In this document: positions 16,372-20,383 of the stretch, piece after piece | Layout of the letters: every line of letters starts with the position of its first letter | Position numbering within the stretch: position 1 is the first letter of the stretch | DNA from: Candidatus Methylomirabilota bacterium | Lineage (GTDB): Bacteria; Methylomirabilota; Methylomirabilia; Rokubacteriales; CSP1-6 | Direction: 5' to 3' | Length of the DNA: 20,383 nucleotides | NCBI GenBank assembly: GCA_046726415.1 | Contig: JBKPAK010000218.1 | Span: 1-20,383, forward strand | The notes under the pieces: generated by a model | Databases searched by the model: none | What the model was told of the DNA's origin: nothing | Seen by the model: only the letters and a program-made list of their open reading frames with translations | Position numbers and translations under genes: made by a program

Positions 16372-17451
16372 CTAGCCGACCAAAACCCTGAGGATGCGCG
16401 AGGCCGCCTTACCGTCCCATAGCTCGGGGAGTCGCCCCACCGACCACTCGCCACGGGCCACCTCCGCCCAGGCCCCCTCGATCCGGGCCGCGTCCAGGCC
16501 CACCAGTCGATTCGTGCCGTGCGTCACCGTCACCGGCCGCTCCGTGTTCGTCCTCAAGGTGAGGCACGGCACGCCGAGGGCCGTCGTCTCCTCCTGAATG
16601 CCACCCGAGTCCGTGAGAACGCATTTCGCATGGGCCATCAGCTGGACGAAGTCGAGATACGGCAACGGATCGATCAGTCGAAACTGCAGTCCCCCGGGCG
16701 TCAATGATTCCAACTCACGCAGGCGCACCCGTGTCCGTGGATGCACGGGAAACACCACCGGCCACTCCCGCGCGATCCGGGTCAACCCTTCCATAGCCTG
16801 CGCGAGCATCGCGACGTCGTCCACGTTTCCCGGTCGATGCAGCGTGAGCACGACGTATCGCCGGACCTCGAGCCCCAGTCGGTTCAGGATCGGTGACTCG
16901 GCCGCGCGCTCCCGGAACCGGAACAGGGTGTCGATCATCACATTGCCGACGTAATGGATCCGGCTGTCCGCGACACCCTCGCGGGCCAGGTACTCGTTCG
17001 CCGAGGGCTCCGTCGTGAAGCAGTAGTCGGAGATCGAGTCCGTGACGATGCGATTGACCTCCTCCGGCATCGTGCGATCGAAGCTCCGAAGGCCAGCCTC
17101 GACGTGCGCGAGCGGTATCCTCAACTTTGCCGCGGCCAGCGCGCCGCCGAGCGTGGAGTTCACGTCTCCCACCACCAGGACGAGATCGGGCCGGTCGGCG
17201 GCGAGCACCTCTGCCAGACGCACCATGATCTCGGCCGTCTGCTGGACCGGCGAGTCCGCGCGGACCCCGAGGTTGATGTCGGCCTCCGGGATCGCCAGAT
17301 CTCCGAAGAATGCCCCGGACATCAGATGGTCGTAGTGCTGGCCCGTATGAATCAGCCGCAGCTCGACGTCCGGAAAGAGCCGGGCCTCTGCCACGACCGC
17401 GGCGATCTTGACGAAGTTTGGGCGCGCACCGACCACCGCGGCCACCTTCAT
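16372..17451 (-). CDS. wecB: UDP-N-acetylglucosamine 2-epimerase (non-hydrolysing)
   Basis: VVGARPNFVK, HTGQH, VGDVNST, HVEAGLRS, MPEEVNR, TLHRPGN, TDSGGIQEE, TERP. Start ATG 17451 forms an ATGA overlap. Confidence 0.93.
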   Translation of the reverse strand: MKVAAVVGARPNFVKIAAVVAEARLFPDVELRLIHTGQHYDHLMSGAFFGDLAIPEADINLGVRADSPVQQTAEIMVRLAEVLAADRPDLVLVVGDVNSTLGGALAAAKLRIPLAHVEAGLRSFDRTMPEEVNRIVTDSISDYCFTTEPSANEYLAREGVADSRIHYVGNVMIDTLFRFRERAAESPILNRLGLEVRRYVVLTLHRPGNVDDVAMLAQAMEGLTRIAREWPVVFPVHPRTRVRLRELESLTPGGLQFRLIDPLPYLDFVQLMAHAKCVLTDSGGIQEETTALGVPCLTLRTNTERPVTVTHGTNRLVGLDAARIEGAWAEVARGEWSVGRLPELWDGKAASRILRVLVG

Positions 17452-18302
17452 GCGCGGACCTCGGCAAATCCACACGCCTGGAGCACGCGCCCCGCCGGCG
17501 CGAACTCGAAGTCCCGGAGCAGCCGCTCGAGCTTCTGCTCGGTGCCTCCAAGGTTCAGGTAGTGGCGTAGTCGCGACAGGCCGCGAACGGGAAGCCGCGG
17601 CTGCTCGGGATCCACCTCCCAGGGATGGAGGTACACCATCCCGGGCATCCTCTCCCATCGATTGACGCCTTGGAGGGCCGCCCGAATCGCGGGGTACGGG
17701 AGCAGCCGGAAGTAGCCGCCGCCGGAGAATGGGAGACGCAAGCGTCCCACTGCCAGAGTCGTGATCGGAAACTCGACCAGCCCGCTCCCCAGCGACTCGC
17801 CGATGCGGTGAGGGAAGCGGGGCGCGTTCGGGATCCCATAGCGGTCGTGACGGATCGGAAAGATGCTCGAGTCGTACCGGAATCCTTCCTCAGCCAGAAC
17901 GTCGAGGGCCCAGCGCGTACCGTCGACCACCGAGAACGTCGGGGCTCGATACCCTAGGATCGGCGCGCCGATGGCGTCCTCAACCGTCCGTTTGGCCCGA
18001 CGGACGTCCACCTGGAACACTGCCGGCTTCATGGCGTAGATGAGCCGGTGCGCGAAGCCGTGACACGCTACCTCGTGACCTCGGTCACGGATCTCCCGAA
18101 CCAGACCAGGGTCGCGGTCTGCCACCCACCCGAGGACGAAGAATGTCGCCGCAACCCCGTGGGCGTCCAGCAGGTCCAGGAGTCGCCGCGTGCTCTCTCC
18201 GACTCGTGAGGGCAGCAGCGTCCAGTCCTCCTGGCGGACGACGTTCGAGAACACCTCCGCGTGGAAGTATTCCTCCACGTCGAAAGTGAGCGCGTTCAGC
18301 AT
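17448..18302 (-). CDS. XrtA-system polysaccharide deacetylase (DUF3473-containing CE4)
   Basis: NALTFDVEEYFH, ATFFVLGWVA, HEVACHG, GYRAPTFS, YDSSIFP, GGGYFRL, YLHPWE. Start uncertain (18302, 18326 or 18344). Confidence 0.9.
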   Translation of the reverse strand: MLNALTFDVEEYFHAEVFSNVVRQEDWTLLPSRVGESTRRLLDLLDAHGVAATFFVLGWVADRDPGLVREIRDRGHEVACHGFAHRLIYAMKPAVFQVDVRRAKRTVEDAIGAPILGYRAPTFSVVDGTRWALDVLAEEGFRYDSSIFPIRHDRYGIPNAPRFPHRIGESLGSGLVEFPITTLAVGRLRLPFSGGGYFRLLPYPAIRAALQGVNRWERMPGMVYLHPWEVDPEQPRLPVRGLSRLRHYLNLGGTEQKLERLLRDFEFAPAGRVLQACGFAEVRA

Positions 18303-18389
18303 CGCGCCTGGACCCCTCTTGTTCATCAACGGCTCGGGTCCCATCCACCCACGCCACTCATTATTCGCACGTTTGTCAATGCTCCGCGC

Positions 18390-19733
18390 CTAGAGCGTTA
18401 CGATGTTCTCGCGTCGCTCCACAAGCCCGCGGAGAGCATTCCGGACGTCGACGACGAGGGGCGAGTGCCGCGCGATTGCGCCATAGTCGAACGCCCGGTG
18501 GTTGGTCACGATCAACACACAGTCACTCGTCGACAGGGTCTCCTGGGTGATCGCCGTCGCCGTCAGCTTGAGACTCTCGAGCGCGAGCTGCGGCACGAAT
18601 GGATCCCCGTACCGGACGTCGGCGCCCCTCTCGAGCAGCATCCGAATGATCTCGAGTGCCGGCGACTCCCGAACGTCGTTGACGTCCGGCTTGTACGTAA
18701 CCCCTAGCACGAAGACCGATGCCCCGCGCAGGCAGCGCCCGCGATCGTTAAGGGCGTCCGTCACCAGGAACACTACGTGCCGGGGCATCGATCGATTGAT
18801 CTCGTCGGCGAGGGCAATGAAGCGCGTGTCAAATCCGTTCATCCGCAGCTTCCATGAAAGGTAGAGAGGATCGAGCGGAATGCAATGGCCACCAGTGCCC
18901 GGCCCTGGGTAAAAGGGCATGAACCCGAACGGCTTGGTGGCGGCTGCCTCGATCACCTCCCACGGGTCGACCCCGATGGCCCGACACGCCAGCGCCAGCT
19001 CGTTGGCGAGGGCGATGTTGACGCTTCGGAAGGTGTTCTCGAGCAGCTTGGCGGTCTCCGCGACCCGAGGACACGACACTCGATGCACCTCGCGAGCGAC
19101 GTTCGCGTACAGGGTCGCGGCGAGTTCGGTGCACGCCGGCGTGACACCGCCCACCACCTTGGGGATGTTCGCGGTGGCGAAAGTGGGGTTGCCAGGATCT
19201 ACGCGCTCGGGCGAGAACGCCAGGAAAACGTCCCGACCGATTACGAAGCCCTGGCCCTCGAGCCGGGACTGGAGAACCTCTTCGGTAGTGCCGGGGTAGG
19301 TGGTGCTCTCGAGGACAATAAGCTGGCCCGGTCGGACGAAGGGCAGGATGCTCTCGAGCGCGTTCAGAATGAACGAGATGTCGGGCTCCTTGCTCTTGCG
19401 TAGGGGCGTCGGCACGCAGATCACGATCGCGTCCGCTCCCGCCACTGGATCGAAATCAACGCCGGCGGTCAGCCGCCCGGCACGCACAAGCGCCCTCAGC
19501 TCTTCGGCGCCGACATCGCCGATGTAGGACACCCCCTGGTTGACCAGGCTGACCTTCTCCAGGTCGACTTCGACACCGAACACCCGGACGCCGGCCCGAC
19601 CGAAGGCGACGGCGAGGGACAGTCCGACGTATCCCAGGCCGATCACCGCGACTGTCGCCGTGCCGCCGCGGAGCCGCGCGGCGAACGCCGCCCCCTCTTC
19701 ACCCACCGGGACCTCGCGCACGACCGTGTTCAT
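18390..19733 (-). CDS. UDP-N-acetyl-hexosamine 6-dehydrogenase (WbpA/WecC-like nucleotide sugar dehydrogenase)
   Basis: IGLGYVG, ICVPTP, LESTTYPGTT, FSPER, KLLENTFR, GPGTGGHCIPLDP (catalytic Cys), GVTYKPDVNDVRESP. Start ATG 19733 forms an ATGA overlap. Confidence 0.92.
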   Translation of the reverse strand: MNTVVREVPVGEEGAAFAARLRGGTATVAVIGLGYVGLSLAVAFGRAGVRVFGVEVDLEKVSLVNQGVSYIGDVGAEELRALVRAGRLTAGVDFDPVAGADAIVICVPTPLRKSKEPDISFILNALESILPFVRPGQLIVLESTTYPGTTEEVLQSRLEGQGFVIGRDVFLAFSPERVDPGNPTFATANIPKVVGGVTPACTELAATLYANVAREVHRVSCPRVAETAKLLENTFRSVNIALANELALACRAIGVDPWEVIEAAATKPFGFMPFYPGPGTGGHCIPLDPLYLSWKLRMNGFDTRFIALADEINRSMPRHVVFLVTDALNDRGRCLRGASVFVLGVTYKPDVNDVRESPALEIIRMLLERGADVRYGDPFVPQLALESLKLTATAITQETLSTSDCVLIVTNHRAFDYGAIARHSPLVVDVRNALRGLVERRENIVTL

Positions 19734-20383
19734 GACACCCCGCCCTTGACGACGTCCTCCCTTGCGGAAGCCCTGTAGTAGCGCTTGTAGTAGCGCCTCA
19801 GGCGGGCCACCGGCATCTGGTTGATCACCACCCCCAGGATCCGGGCCCCGGCGCCCTCCAGCATGGTCTTGGCCCGGAGCACGTCCGAGCACGGCGTGCT
19901 CCCGGCCTTGACGACGAGGATCACCGCGTCGACCGCCGAGGCAAGGAACAGGTTGTCCGAGACGAGAAGGACCGGGGATGAATCGCAGAGGACCAGCTCG
20001 GCCTGCGCTGTCATCTCTCCCAGCATTTCCTTCAGCCGGGACGTCGCCAGCACCCCCCGCGTATCGCGCTGCAGGCTGCTCCCGCGGGTCGCCACCCGCA
20101 CCCGGTCCGCCACCGGCGCGAGAGTCTCGGTGACGTGGCGTCGCGCATGGAGCACGTCGACGAGGCCCCCGTTTTGTTCCACGTTGAGCGTCTCGTGCAG
20201 CGTAGGTCGGAGAAAGTCGGTATCGGCAAGGATGACCCGCCGACCTGCTTCGCCGAACTCCACACCGAGGTTCACCAGCGTCGTCGACTTCCCTTCGTCC
20301 TGGAACGCGCTCGTGATCATCAGGCTCCGGAACTCACCCACCCGTCCCGTGAGCTGAATGGCAACCCGGAGATTGTGGAAGGC
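19730..20383 (-). CDS. CpsD/CapB/Wzc-type bacterial tyrosine kinase domain, 5' part outside window
   Basis: Frame is open to the window edge (AFHNLRVAIQ...). Walker A ITSAFQDEGKST, A' ILADTDFLRP, B LVLCDSSP, C-terminal Tyr cluster RRYYKRYYR. Confidence 0.88.
   Translation of the reverse strand, partial: AFHNLRVAIQLTGRVGEFRSLMITSAFQDEGKSTTLVNLGVEFGEAGRRVILADTDFLRPTLHETLNVEQNGGLVDVLHARRHVTETLAPVADRVRVATRGSSLQRDTRGVLATSRLKEMLGEMTAQAELVLCDSSPVLLVSDNLFLASAVDAVILVVKAGSTPCSDVLRAKTMLEGAGARILGVVINQMPVARLRRYYKRYYRASAREDVVKGGVS

Noticed and set aside
18345-18389. Minus-strand TTGACA (18379-18374) followed by AATAAT as a sigma70 promoter
   Set aside because: The spacer is only 8 nt and there is no -10 element at 16-18 nt, so it cannot be supported, though the gap is AT-rich
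306-19892. Long N-terminal extensions in track ORFs 306-1922, 6455-7624, 9624-11021, 16372-17658 and 18390-19892
   Set aside because: The extensions overlap upstream genes; family similarity begins at internal starts that overlap or abut the upstream stops
248-20357. Many long plus-strand ORFs (e.g. 11946-13226, 14204-15328, 15416-16375, 399-1286) and off-frame minus-strand ORFs
   Set aside because: Shadow ORFs typical of high-GC DNA: they overlap well-supported genes, are Arg/Pro/Gly-rich and have no recognisable motifs
1-20383. CRISPR array, IS element, integrase, tRNA/rRNA, intrinsic terminator
   Set aside because: No periodic short repeats, transposase motifs, RNA gene signatures or hairpin-plus-U-tract found; almost all sequence is coding or gene relic

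Overview
High-GC bacterial DNA holding one tightly packed minus-strand surface-polysaccharide/glycan biosynthesis operon of the PEP-CTERM/exosortase A (XrtA)-associated type, open at both window edges. In transcription order (right to left) it encodes: BY-kinase domain (partial), UDP-sugar 6-dehydrogenase, XrtA-type polysaccharide deacetylase, WecB epimerase, FemAB-like protein, CelD/BcsL-type GNAT, Cys-less asparagine-synthase-like protein, truncated deacetylase fusion, GT4, GT2, second GNAT, asparagine-synthase-like remnant, NodB-type deacetylase, Wzm/Wzt ABC exporter, GT2::ligase-like deletion scar, two intact AsnB-type amidotransferases, SAM methyltransferase, and a PaaK/CapK-like CoA ligase (partial, absent from the ORF track). 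The most unusual structure is a diverged internal duplication with reciprocal decay. The 'asnB-like 3' end + deacetylase 5' end' junction occurs twice, 3915 bp apart, and brackets a GT4-GT2-GNAT cassette. One copy keeps the asnB-like gene and truncates the deacetylase; the other does the reverse. Three deletion scars all seem to preserve translational coupling. No RNA genes, CRISPR arrays or transposases were seen. Family calls come from motif recognition, not database searches, and identities were counted by hand.
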